Below, piece by piece: positions 1 through 11,795 of a stretch of 64,000 nucleotides of DNA. Source of the stretch: Marsupella aquatica (Eukaryota > Plantae > Marchantiophyta); NCBI GenBank assembly GCA_973895155.1, contig OZ316894.1, forward strand, positions 22,477,867-22,541,866. Direction: 5' to 3'. Each line of letters starts with the position of its first letter. Position 1 is the first letter of the stretch. A program made the translations under genes and the position numbers. The notes under the pieces were generated by a model. It saw only the letters and a list, made by a program, of their open reading frames with translations, ran no database searches and had not been told where the DNA came from.

Positions 1-1224
1 AGAATCAACTTCAATCACCTCTGGAGTGGCGATTTTCTCCAGAACAAGCTGCGCGATTCTATCACCTTCCTTGATGTTGAAATCTGTATCCGAGTGGTTA
101 AAGAGGATAACCGCCACAGGTCCTCTGTAGTCGTAGTCAATGACTCCAGCGCCTACGTCAATGGAATGCTTCCAAGCCAACCCTGATCTTGGAGCTGTAA
201 CATCACAACAGAAAAGGCACTCAGTCGACGCTCAGACAAGTATACAAAGATTCAAGACTACGAGAAGTGTGCGAAGAGATGTATTCACGAAATCCTCGCC
301 TTGTGGACCACCGAGAAGGACAAAGCAAAGACCTGGAAAGGCTTGATAGCGGACTTCATGCGGTGGTAGAAATTAAAAACCCAATCTGGATTGAGAACTA
401 TCTACGTAGTGCTGTAGAATTGAGCGCAAAACATGTGTGCAACAGCAGTTCCTATCATCCAAGCACATCCAGAGATCACCAGCCACCTGAGACCTTGACG
501 AGGTAGAAGAACAGTAAAACCAATTCCACTCTCGTAGCCAGTTCAAACAGATGGAAATCATCGCTTACCAATACGTGCATAGGTGCCTTCTGGAATCGCT
601 ATAGATAGTTCTGTCTTTACGAGAGCTTTCCCGCGAGCCGGAACTATCGCCTTATAAGCACTGCATCATCCAGGACCAACACAGAACAGGGGCCAAGAAG
701 ACCAAAGGAAGCTGAGTCAGCCACTACCTCTGGGGATCTACTTTGCAAATCGCTTTGTACAATCACCGACTGACCGTTAGGGAGCCAGTGATCACATCGC
801 TTTTGGCTTTGAAAGTAGGAGAAGAGAGAAACCTCGAAGAATAGTTACTATCATGAAAAGCATGCAAATGCAGCATTCCCTCCATCCTAAACAGTCCAAC
901 ACTTCACAACTGCATCTCCGCTTCAGTACACCTCAGGCATTGCACAGCAAATGTAGGACGATGGAAGGATACCGAGGTGAAGAAGAGAACAGACCTGGAC
1001 AAATCGTAGCCTGCAGCGTGCTCCGACCCTCTGCTTGGCAGAACAGCTTCAGGAGCAAGCTTCTTGACACGGAGGGTCCCTATGGCGTTTTCACCGTTGG
1101 AACAAGCAGCAGCCACCACTACTTTTTGCTCTATAATTTGCTTCTTCAACAGAGGCTCTTGCGGCTCTTCCTGCTCCGAACCGTCTGTTCTGCTATCATC
1201 GCTTCCACTTTCTCCTCCCGCCAT
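1..1224 (-). CDS. DUT1: dUTP pyrophosphatase (dUTPase); 3' end lies beyond the window edge; exons 1224-995, 660-569, 194-<1
   Basis: Spliced translation MAGGESGS...[107 protein letters not shown] contains trimeric dUTPase motifs I-IV (AGYDL, RSG, GVIDxDYRG, RIAQ). The GT-AG introns keep phase. Confidence 0.96.
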
Positions 1225-1315
1225 CTCTCAAAACCCTTCTCCTCTCCACTTACTTTCCTCCACCCTCCTCCTCTACTGCTCGTAGCAACTCTTCCGGTCA
1301 GCTCCTCTCTGACTC

Positions 1316-1326
1316 TTCGCGCGAAA
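1316..1326 (-). promoter_or_regulatory. Putative E2F site TTTCGCGC overlapping the palindrome TTCGCGCGAA, about 100 bp upstream of the dUTPase ATG
   Basis: gcgcgaaa at 1319-1326 reads TTTCGCGC on the gene strand and matches the TTTSSCGS E2F consensus. Confidence 0.5.
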
Positions 1327-1533
1327 TGGAATGCCCACCACGCACACACAAAAATGTCACTGATTCGGAGTTCCAGAGGCAATTTACATAATCTTCACTT
1401 GGTCTATACTCTGAATTCCTTCGTTGCCCTCTGTCTCTCTCTCTCATTCAACAGCTTCTTCGACTGTCTCTCGCTCTGTCTCTCTCTCTCTCGTTCAACA
1501 GCTTCTTCGACTGACTCTCAAGCAGTTGAAATA

Positions 1534-1643
1534 CTCTTCGCGCTTCCCTCTCTCTTTCTCTCAAACAATTAAAATACTCCCTCTCGATCTCTTCGCGCTT
1601 CCCTCTCTCTTTCTCTCAAACAATTAAAATACTCCCTCTCGAT
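1534..1643. repeat. Perfect 55-bp tandem duplication upstream of dUTPase
   Basis: ctcttcgcgcttccctctctctttctctcaaacaattaaaatactccctctcgat starts at 1534 and again at 1589. Confidence 0.9.
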
Positions 1644-1965
1644 ATGCGCGAGCATTGTCTGTTCGATTTTCTTCCCTCTGTGCCCAAGCGGAGGTCATCA
1701 ATGCGGCTCCGGTCTGGTCTTTGTTTCCGTCATATGATTCCACATCTCGGTACTACACTCGCGGATTCAGTCACAGTTGAGACTTGCATCGATTTCACCG
1801 ATGAATCAATTAGAAACCCAAATCTGCGCCGCCGATTATTGCATGGAACTGTTTCCACAGAACCCAATTTGAATTGACAAACGGCGTATCGATTCGAATC
1901 GAATCCGCTGACCAAAAAATCAGGGGGCAAAGAGCTTAGAAAAGCGCGCGGAAAATCGGAAAAGC

Positions 1966-1973
1966 GCGGGAAA
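1966..1973 (-). promoter_or_regulatory. Putative canonical E2F site TTTCCCGC
   Basis: gcgggaaa at 1966-1973 reads TTTCCCGC on the dUTPase strand; a related gcgcggaaa lies about 20 bp away. Confidence 0.4.
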
Positions 1974-2283
1974 GAGGTACCGTCGAGTTTTGCCTTTTTC
2001 GGGTCAGTAACCGTACGTGTTAACTTATGGTACACAGAACCTACAAATACAGTATTCACGGAAAGCAGTTATCCACATTCCATTCCGTGCATAAGTGCAA
2101 CCGGGTCATGTACCGAGTAATCTAATAGAACAAGCCTTCTTTGTAAATGCACGAGAAAAATGAGCTTTTCATGAGTGCCTCTTGTCTTTCACTAAAGACA
2201 AATTATAAGTGCATGTATTATCTATAAGTCTAGCTATAACTAAACTATTCTCAGATAGAGTTATTTCAATTTACAGTTTTTTA

Positions 2284-3067
2284 CTATTCTGTCCCCCAAA
2301 CTGAGATCAATTATTAATCTATCTCCAAAATTATTTTAATTGCTAGGTTGCCTTTACTATCCTGTCCCCCAAACTGAGATCAATTATTAACCTATCTCCA
2401 AAACTATTTTAATTGCTAGGTTGCCCCCCATTCTGTATATATGAGTTACTTTCACTGTTTTAGGTAATCCCAAGTGATTTCTCATTGGTGGATTGACACA
2501 TAGTGAGGCACTATTGGCTCCACCTTACCCTGACTGTTTACCCTCACCTGGCTGGCTCTTTCACATTTTTTTAATGAGTCCTACACTGAACATGGCTGGC
2601 CTGTCCCCCTCTCAATCCCAATGACCCAGCTAGAATCAGGCAGTAGGCCCAAATGTGAGTTGTTTACACATGGAAAATATGTATACATTTGGGGCCTCTT
2701 TCCTTTAATTAGAGAAGTGGGAGTAGGGTGAATCATTGGGACCGAAGGATCATCAGGCCCCTATGGAGTGTGGGACCCTATTTTTGAAGGAAAATTGAAG
2801 CACTCAGCCAACCAGGGTTGGGATTGAAACTTGCAGCCAGCCCTGCTCGGTGTAGGGCTTGTTAAAAAAATGGGAAAGCGTGAGCCAGGTGAGGGTGAAC
2901 TCGGTCACGGTAGCACCTCACCACATGTTAGTCCACTGATGAAAAATCAACTTGGGTTGACTAAAACAGCTAGTGTAACCCATATATACAGTCTGGGGGG
3001 CAACCTAACAATTAAAATAATTTTGGGGGTAGGTTGGTAATTTAGCTCAGTTTGGGGGACAGGATAG
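2284..3067. mobile_element. Non-autonomous foldback DNA transposon (MITE) with ~190-bp imperfect TIRs and TA flanks (Tc1/mariner-Stowaway-like)
   Basis: The left arm TA|CTATCCTGTCCCCCAAACTGAG... (2357 onward, with its first 73 bp also present at 2284) is the reverse complement of the right arm ...CTCAGTTTGGGGGACAGGATAG|TA ending at 3067. Similarity extends inward to ccctcacctggct / agccaggtgaggg. No ORF of note. Confidence 0.8.
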
Positions 3068-3920
3068 TAACAAGCTGTTTCAATTTATTCAAAAGAGCAT
3101 CTCTTCTATTTTATTTAGAGTATTATTGATTTGGTAGCCCAATGCCTATGTGTTTCATAAAAGATATGGTGATGAGATAAAAATATAGAGATGAGAAAGA
3201 AATTGATTGAGAAGAGAAAAATATGTCAAAATAAAAGAAAGATGTTAAAATGAGATACCATAGTTAATTAATTACCTCATCCAAATGTGATTTTGCAATC
3301 TTCTTCATAATGACCAGGTAAATAAGGGCCTTTAGCTTGCATTTTGAGAGGCTAATGTGGTCCATAATGCTCAGCTAGCATACATTAAAACACTTAAGAT
3401 CTATGAGATATTTTCACTAATTTTAGAACATTAATTAATAAACCCAAGGCACAGCTTTTTTCTGTTAGTTGATTTAGGCATTAAATGACACTATATTTGA
3501 CCACTAAAGTGCCCTGGGCACTCAATTTGAGTTGAGAAGACTACTTTCTCAAGATCAATTGAGATATATGCTTTTCTCAACAAGGAACCCTAAGCTTTCT
3601 AGTAGTTCAGTCCTCTTTAGAATATTTGTCGCCCGATTTGTCAATGTACTTTCAAATAATTGGAAATCTTGGAGATTTCACTGAACTCTGAATTAGGCAA
3701 GTTTGAAATTAAAGGTTAATAACCTCATGACCTTGATGCAACTATCACCAAATGGAGAAGGGCAAAGCTTAAGCTTTCAGAAGATAGAAGTCCGATTAGG
3801 AAGGGAAGCTGGTAATCATGTTGTGTTGGACAAATATGATAGATTTTACAACTTGCATTGTTTAGATTAGATTTTCTCACAAAATCACTATGGACACTAT
3901 GACCCAAGCAATTTGACATT

Positions 3921-4450
3921 ACTATTAGACCCGGTGTGGAGTGAGTATAGCGGGAGCAACCCATGGGCCCAGCTTTTTAGCCCCCACCATGCCGCGGTCT
4001 GCACACCCACAATCACAGCCCAGTGTTTTTTCCTCCCAAAGTCTACAGTCCTGTGCTCCACAAGCTAGTAGGACACACCCCGCCAAAACAGTGATTGGCC
4101 TGGTGAAACGTCTCTCCAAATGCTCTAGCAAGGGCACTGATGTTCACACTGCTGTTGACATTTTTTGGTCCGTGCGTGAAGGGGGATGGGTGAGGAAGCT
4201 CATCAGAGCACTCATGAATCCAAATACACAGGCTCCTCACCCAATTTGGCCACATTATTACACATAACTCTGTGGTAAGAGCACTCCCAGTAGTCCACTA
4301 TCAGGCCCGGTGTGCACTGAGTATAGTGAGAGCAGCCCATGTGCCCAGCTTTTTAGCTCCCGCCATGCTATGGTCTGCACCACCAACATCACAGCCCAGT
4401 GTTTTTTCCTCCCAAGGTCCACAGTCCTTTGCTCCGCAAGCTAGCAGGGA
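3921..4450. repeat. Pair of ~150-bp diverged direct repeats (3921-4073 and 4297-4450)
   Basis: The string actattagacccggtgtg...cccagctttttagc...atcacagcccagtgttttttcctccca...cacaagctagtagga recurs 376 bp later with scattered substitutions. Confidence 0.85.
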
Positions 4451-5453
4451 TGGGTAATTGTAACGTGCGAGCAAACAGTAAAAGTTTTCCTCGCACGAGC
4501 AATTTTTTTTTGCATGACCCCTATTTTTTTACATCCAACTTCCTCGCTATATCAACTACCTGGTTGGTAACATCCCTTTTGGGGACTCTCCTTTTTGCTA
4601 GCAAGCTCGCTCGCCATCTGGAGTCTTTAAAAAACACAAAATATAGAAATGGCAACAAAAAGCAAATGAATTTTGAAACCATTAGTGTCTTGCTAATAAC
4701 ATTTACTCACTATCAAAATCTACTCTTTGCTCCCAACATAGAATACCTCTAGGAGGGATACACCCCGCTCATCAGAAAGCTGATGAATCGAGCAGATACA
4801 TGGGCTGCTCAGTGGTTAGCTAAACACCCAGCCGGCCTCCCCCACCCCCCCAATAGTGAGCTCTTTGGTGTGCACCCGTGGGAGTGGTCTAACCCCACTT
4901 GAGAGAAAGTGGAGAGGAGGCTGGGAGTGCTCAACCCCCTTTGCAAGAAAGGGGGTGAAGAGGAATCAACGCCCCCACTCCCAGTCTGCACGAAATCCTC
5001 AGAAATGTACCTCCAGCAAATCAGGACTCGGATAACAATCGGATTCAATGCAATTGGCTATGGCGGAGGATCACGATCAGGATCTCTTCCCTGTCTAGCT
5101 TTGGCCCCACTTCCTGAAGCATTTCCGCTCCTTTACATGCTTTTCCGCTCCTTTACATCAAAAAAGCAGTGTAGCTCATCAGAACAGACTATTGTAGAAT
5201 TTCTTAATCTTCCCTCGCGTTGTGTCCAAGGACGATGAAAGATGGCAGCAATTGCAGCTTCGACTTCAGTTCTCGCGAGCTCTGAGGTTTTTGGTCCGAT
5301 TTCTGGGTGCTCTGTTTTGAGATCGAGAGTGTGGACTGAGGATGTCGGTGCGAGCTTCACGGTGAGGGTTTAGAAGCGCAATTCTCGCAGTAAAGCTCAA
5401 AATCGGACAGGGTCTACACTTCATCGGAGGCAAGCGAAGGCGGATTGGGCGAG

Positions 5454-7169
5454 ATGGAAGCGTTGGCGAGTAGCTGCTGCTGTGCGAGAGGATCGGCGTT
5501 GGCAACAGAGTGGTCAGGACTGAAGAAGAAGCAGCAGGCAGGCAAAACTGCAGCTCCTGCCTGCGCTGGCGCTCGCCCGCAGGGGAAGAAGGCGGCTTCT
5601 GGGGCGGTGAGGATGGCGTTGGCTGTCGATCAAAAGGCTTATGTGACTACGAAGTCCGAGGAGATCTTCGCAGCTGCGAAGGTTTGTGGTTGTTCAACGC
5701 ATGCTTCACATTGCTTGAATTGTCCGGAGGTTACTTAGCTCCTAGTGCTGACCGATGTTTTTGTACTGCGGTGTGGCAGGAGCTGATGCCAGGAGGTGTC
5801 AACTCACCCGTGAGAGCTTTCAAGTCTGTGGGTGGTAGCCCGATTGTCTTCGACCGAGTGAAGGGCTCTCGGTCCTATGACGTGGATGGAAATGAATATA
5901 TCGATTATGTGGGTTCCTGGGGCCCTGCCATCCTTGGCCATTGTGATGATCAGGTAAATATTTACGGAAGAGCCACACTAACAGTTCCTTCGATTCGGAT
6001 TGTTTTGCAAATCTCTGTAAGGTTTACTGTTGATTGTTATGCCAAATTTTGTTGCTCTGTTGGATCTCTGAAACGATTCTCGTTCTGCCTTGCATCAGAT
6101 AAATGCAGCTTTGATTGAAACCTTGAAGAAAGGAACCAGCTTCGGTGCTCCGTGTCTCTTGGAGAACCAGTTAGCCGAGTTGGTCATCGCAGCAGTCCCT
6201 AGCGTGGAGATGGTTCGAATGGTCAACTCCGGTACTGAAGCCTGCCTGTCAATGCTCCGTTTGTGCCGAGCCTACACCAAGCGTGAGAAGATTCTCAAGT
6301 TCGAGGGCTGCTATCATGGTCATGCTGATTCTTTCCTAGTGAAAGCAGGGAGCGGTGTTGCCACTTTGGGTTTGCCAGATTCGCCTGGAGTGCCAAAATC
6401 ATCTGCTGCAAGCACGCTGACAGCTCCCTACAACAATCTCGCAGCTGTGGAGAAGATATTTGAGGAGAACCAGGGAGAAATTGCAGCTGTCATTCTGGAG
6501 CCAGTTGTTGGAAATGCTGGGTACATTGTCCCAACTGTAGAATTCCTCAAGGGTTTGAGGGAAATTTCCACGAAGAACGGTGCTCTCCTCGTCTTTGATG
6601 AAGTCATGACAGGGTTCAGGATATCTTATGGTGGTGCCCAAGAGTATTTCGGCGTCACCCCTGACATCACAACCATGGGAAAAATTATTGGGGGAGGACT
6701 CCCAGTGGGTGCCTATGGTGGAAGGAGAGACATTATGGAGTTGGTTGCCCCAGCGGGCCCTATGTATCAGGCCGGTACCCTCAGTGGAAATCCCTTGGCC
6801 ATGACAGCTGGGATAGAGACCTTGAAGAGATTGAAGGCACCAGGAACATATGAGTACTTGGACAAAATTACGAAGAAGCTTGTTGAGGGACTGAGCGCAG
6901 CAGCTAAGGAAGCTGGACACGAGTTTACGTCAGGAAACATTAGGGGCATGTTCGGATTCTTCTTCCAAAATGGCCCGGTTCACAACTTTGAGGATGCTAA
7001 GAGGAGCGACACAGCCAAGTTCGCTAGATTCCACCGAGCTATGCTAGCAAAGGGAGTATACTTCGCACCTTCTCAGTTCGAAGCAGGATTTACAAGCTTA
7101 GCTCATACGGAGGAGGATATTGCTTACACCATAGAGGCTGCCAAGGAGGTTTTCAAAGGAGGATTGTAA
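5454..7169 (+). CDS. GSA: Glutamate-1-semialdehyde 2,1-aminomutase, chloroplastic; exons 5454-5681, 5780-5953, 6099-7169
   Basis: An Ala/Ser/Lys-rich transit peptide is followed by [29 protein letters not shown]...[15 protein letters not shown]/...GTSFGAP...NSGTEA...FEGCYHGH...FDEVMTGFR...[18 protein letters not shown] (PLP lysine)...[13 protein letters not shown]. Both introns are GT-AG and in phase. Confidence 0.98.
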
Positions 7170-7825
7170 TAGTTGGTCTGAATTCCATTAAACCTTGGGG
7201 CACCATGTTGGGCGAGTGGTTCACCACATCGTGTGGGTCTCTTCATCATCAAAGTACGCAAAATAGGGCTTTAGAAGGCCATTATCGTCTGACAGACAGA
7301 GAATTCCTCCGTATTTTGTAGATTGGGATGCGGAATCCAAGGGCAATATGTGCCGAATTTCGTTAGGCATTACATCTCTCGCCCTGTCTCTCTCTATATA
7401 TATCCACAAAAGGTAAGTTTACATTTGTGTTTCACATGGATTCCAGAACTATGGTTGTCTTTGAATACCACTTACTTGAGCTAGCCGCCACTTCGATCAA
7501 GAAAGTCTCACCCTGATGGCGGCAATTGATTGATGGAGAAGATTATGTTCTCAAGGCTGTACAATGTCTTCAAAAGCAGTTCATTGAACATAATCTTCTC
7601 CATCATGTTGAGGACGTAATGAACTGCCTTTGAAGACATTGTTGCTGCACCATATTCCTGAAGTTGGAGACATTGGGGGAAAAGGATGTGCAAATCGTGG
7701 TCGTGGTTGATTGTTGTTTGCGGAGCGGGCATACTGGGTTTTCTTAAAAAACTGCTAGACAGCATCCGGCTTTTGAACTTCAAAAACTCCTTTGCACGTA
7801 TTGACATGCATCATAGTAATGAAGA

Positions 7826-8933
7826 CTATATCAATAATGTTTCTCTATCATGCTCAACTCGGGGTTGATATTTAACGACTGGCAGAGTAATCTCAAGTTG
7901 ATAGAGTGTCTTTTCTTTATCAAACTTTGCTTGACCTCGGTCAGGATCCACGCGGTATTTGAAGGGCACCTGTTTTACGAGGCAGAACACACAACCCAAG
8001 TGATATACTTTTTATAATCATTGAAGTTGTAACGAGACCATTCAACTTTGACGTCTTTGGCACACACTGAAGCATGGACTTGATTCACTGTTTCCTTCCT
8101 TGGGCCTAGCTGATTCTCATTAGGGGTAAGCTACATATTCCTGTCATATTGTCTGAATTTAGGAGGGTAGAGAATTATTGACCTTGAGATTGAATCTTCC
8201 CGGGACAACCAACGCTACTTCAGAGTTGGCAACATCCAGCTTAATGTCCGACAGCTCGACCTGGAATCCACAGTCAACAGAAAGGTCAACACAAAACTTT
8301 GGCAAATGGGGAAGCCATAGCTAATTATAAAATGAAGTTCTTCTTTGGTTGAGGCAAGCAGAGGACAACTAACCACTCCTGGGAGGTGCACATGCAATAC
8401 AATATCCTTCACCTCATCTTTGCCAACTTTGAGGTTGGCTTTATCTTCCCTGCATAACATGGACAAGAACAATTGCAAATTTAAACTGGGTTTTATGCTT
8501 TGTCTATTTCAGTATCTCCTCGTGCTCTGTAAGACATACGAGGAACTCTCACATCCAAACTGTCGTGGGAAAGCTTCCCGATTACCTTATTTGAGAATGT
8601 TTGATTACTGGGAGGTCCTCGGGTTGCCAAAACGTGCAGGCTATATGTGTAGTTCAATCAAACTATGTGTGATTTGTATGGCAGTGATGCTTCGAGATAC
8701 GTGAGCTAGGCACCGTTTCTGGAGTCATTTGCGTCCTGTGTTTTACTTGATTTCTATTCTGCGAGGCCTTCGATGATCCAATCTTCGTCAGAACCCTCGT
8801 CTAATACTTAGTGAACTGAAACAGTGGGAGCCAATACCTATTTCTGGTGAAAAGATTTATAGCTCTGACAAGATCAACTGAGGAAAATGCAATAATGACA
8901 GCCTTGCATATGACTTATTGGATCAAAGTGAAC

Positions 8934-9003
<70 letters not shown>

Positions 9004-11795
9004 CTTTGTGTCTTAGATGACACAAAGATTTAGAATTATGAATCATCTCCTCCACTTTTCCCTTCTAGCTGCTTGCCTTTAATGAGCTAAAAACATATCT
9101 CAACAACTGCAGATGCCTGAAGTGGAGAATACCAGAATTGTGTCAGGTCTAAGTGGTTTCGGTAAACTAGTTTGTACTTGGGCTCCACCTCCTGAGCTGG
9201 TTTCCTTGAATCATCAAAAACAGGCACCATTGTCGAATTTTCAGGGACGGAACTGAGATTTGGCAAACTATTACTGTCAGCTTGTAGATTTGATCCGCAA
9301 GAGCTGGAAAGTTTTTCTGACGATTCGAAGGTCGAACATTTGTGCATGCTTTGGGGGTCCACTTTGTTGTTTGCATTTGCACTTTGATTGCTCGAGTCAC
9401 ATGAAGTTCTTGGAGTATTGTTCTCAGATCTTGAGCCAGTAGGGAAAAACGAGTTGGGGTGCTTACTATCAGGTTGCATCTTCTTGCCTACAAATAAGTT
9501 TCAAGTTTCCCACCAGCTCTGAAGAAATCAGTTGTTTTTCTTAGGGTCTATCGTAACTTAGTATTGAGAAGATGGTAGCATATAAAGACGATGTCATTTG
9601 AAATTAATCGATTAATACAGTTTACATCGTAGACTATCTTTCGATGGATGGCTTGTCTGACAGATGCATTTTGACTCTCTGGAGTAATCAAATCAACACA
9701 GACAGCAGTTCACCTTTTGCTTCCTTTGCTGTACTCGATGTATTTGCTGGAGAGGGAAACTTTGAGATAGTGAGCATCCGTGGTTCACCGCTTAAACCTT
9801 TGTGTTTCAACCTGGGTAGGATAAATTCTGCAGCATATATAAACTTCTATCACCTGCAGGTGACCTGATTTCATAAATGCAAATTTGTGCTCGAATGTAA
9901 CGCAGGCAATGCTCAAAAGCTCTATCTATCTAAAGGAAGCTCACTGTGCAAATGGTCATCTTGCTTCATAGTCACCGTAGTAGATACTAATGTGTCATTC
10001 TTACCCTGGGAAAGTTTCACACCACGCTGCTTCTGAATGGCATCAATTGCAGTGTCCACTACAAATTTCTTGAATCGATACTCCTTGACAGCAAGTTTAT
10101 ATGTCTCAGTATTGACTACAAAATCATGGACATCACACTCGGCTCCCCCTGAGAATGAACTCGAGTTAAAAGTCTTTACTGGTGACGAGCGAAGATGGTA
10201 TGAAGGAAAGAACTGAGTTCGGAACCCCAAAACCCTTCATGTGATGCTATTTAACAGTGCAAAGATACCTCATTCTCTCTAGCACATCAGTTAACTCATT
10301 GCTCATCCAGAGCCTCATTTGAAAAAGCTACCTTTGTCCGTTGCCTTCAGAGGCGGAGCCAAACTATAAGGAACATCCCACTCGGTCCCACTTTTGTCTG
10401 GTCTTTCTTTTCCACTAGCTTCCTTAATTTTATCTGAATGACAGATATTGATGAAAACCTGCCATACATTGCCCTGTAAGATGACCGTCAAGAGAACAGG
10501 CTGATTTGACTTGTTACAAATAAGGAAAGAGGACATGATACAACTGACTCCCAATTTTATTTTTTTGCTTATCTTTGTTGTTGATTGTTACTTTTCATCA
10601 GTCCATCGCTCCACTTACAATTTGACTAGCCTTGGGACTTGAGCGTTCGTTTGGTTTGCATTTTGAGGGCTTGGAAAAGAGCATAGTGACCAGATACGTG
10701 AGAGGATTATGTCGATGCATCTGTACTAGTGTATCCTTCACCTGAGACTGTTACTCTGGTTATCAAATTTGTTCAGTTACAGACCCGCATGTCGTTTATA
10801 CTTCGGGTCGTCTTATCCCAAACTTAAGATCATATTGACTCCATACCTTCATTCCGGTCTCTTCATGCTTTGTCTTGGCACAAAACCCTGCTGTTGGAAT
10901 GAGTAGCTCCTTTCCGTCAGGGAACCCCGGCACTTTCTCTCCTCTTTTCTCGGCCTCTTTGAGGGCAGTCTCCATTTCCTGACAGTTTTCCAAATAATAA
11001 AGAGGCCGGAACAAATGCCTAAGTACCTACATTCTTCTAAGCTACATATGAATCCCATAATGGAGGTAGCGGCATCAAAGGAGACTTGAGAGGAGACTGA
11101 ATGAAGTCAAGAGAAAGTAGATGAGAGAAATTGAGAAATGGATAACTCTGGCATAACTATACACCACTGACTGCGTTGAATAAAGAAGCAGCAGCTTCGT
11201 AACCGTTTGAAACTGAAACTCAATCGCAAAAAGGAGTTTCGGGTTAAGGGACCATTCTGAAAAATTATGACGTTGGTCACCTCTTTGTTCTTTGGATCTG
11301 ATATCTCGTGTGCATATTCTGCAAACATCTCCATGAACTTCGGGTCCCGCATTAGTCTTGTCATGTTCTTCGTTTCCTGATTTTCCGAAAGTACAGTACT
11401 TGGTGAGGAGCGACAGTCGAATTCAGGGTTGAGACAACAAATCAGCACGCTAAATGATTGTCTCGTCGGAAAGGTCGTAAAGTAAAGTAGAAGCCTAACT
11501 TTGATGTCTTTGCAAAGTTTGCAAACTCTGAGCAGCAAGCAGGGTAGCGGGCGCAATTCAGTAAGAACCTCCAGTTTGTTACCATAAATGATGGTCTGAA
11601 ATAAAAGGTTGGGTAAAAAATAGCAAAACCGAGCCTCAATCTCCGTGAGATAAGTTTGTGAGGCAGAAGAGTGTCTCGTGGCTATTCGATAGTCATTCTG
11701 ATTTGGAACAAGTCCCTGAATATGGGTTTTAAATTGGTAACAAATGGAGGTACCTCAGGTGACAAATTCATCTTGCTCAGATCGGGTGCCTCCAT
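7826..11795 (-). CDS. DNAAF2: Kintoun/PF13-like dynein axonemal assembly factor 2 (PIH1 + CS domains), ~435 aa; exons 11795-11754, 11376-11281, 10978-10847, 10458-10332, 10148-10005, 9827-9714, 9487-9133, 8449-8374, 8260-8183, 7969-7826
   Basis: The N-terminus LSPEETKNMTRLMRDPKFMEMFAEYAHEISDPKNKEEME resembles the kintoun-specific helix. The PIH1 core reads LLIPTAGFCAKTK...KVFINICHS...WDVPYSLAPP...TDKGGAECDVHDFVVN and the CS domain reads EPKYKLVYR...IVLHVHLPGV...IKLDV...VPFKYRVDPDRGQAKFDKE...LEITLPV. Ten GT-AG exons total 1308 nt in frame. Confidence 0.9.
8937..9000. repeat. (AG)32 microsatellite in kintoun intron 7
   Basis: Uninterrupted agag run at 8937-9000. Confidence 0.97.

Noticed and set aside
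853-1572. 239-aa plus-strand ORF
   Set aside because: It is antisense to dUTPase exon 1 and its CT-rich upstream region, with low-complexity Leu/Ser content and no domain.
6399-6920. 173-aa antisense ORF in GSA, and similar antisense ORFs at 60064-60576, 47824-48312 and 48254-48571
   Set aside because: Shadow ORFs of real coding sequence or of the coding repeat.
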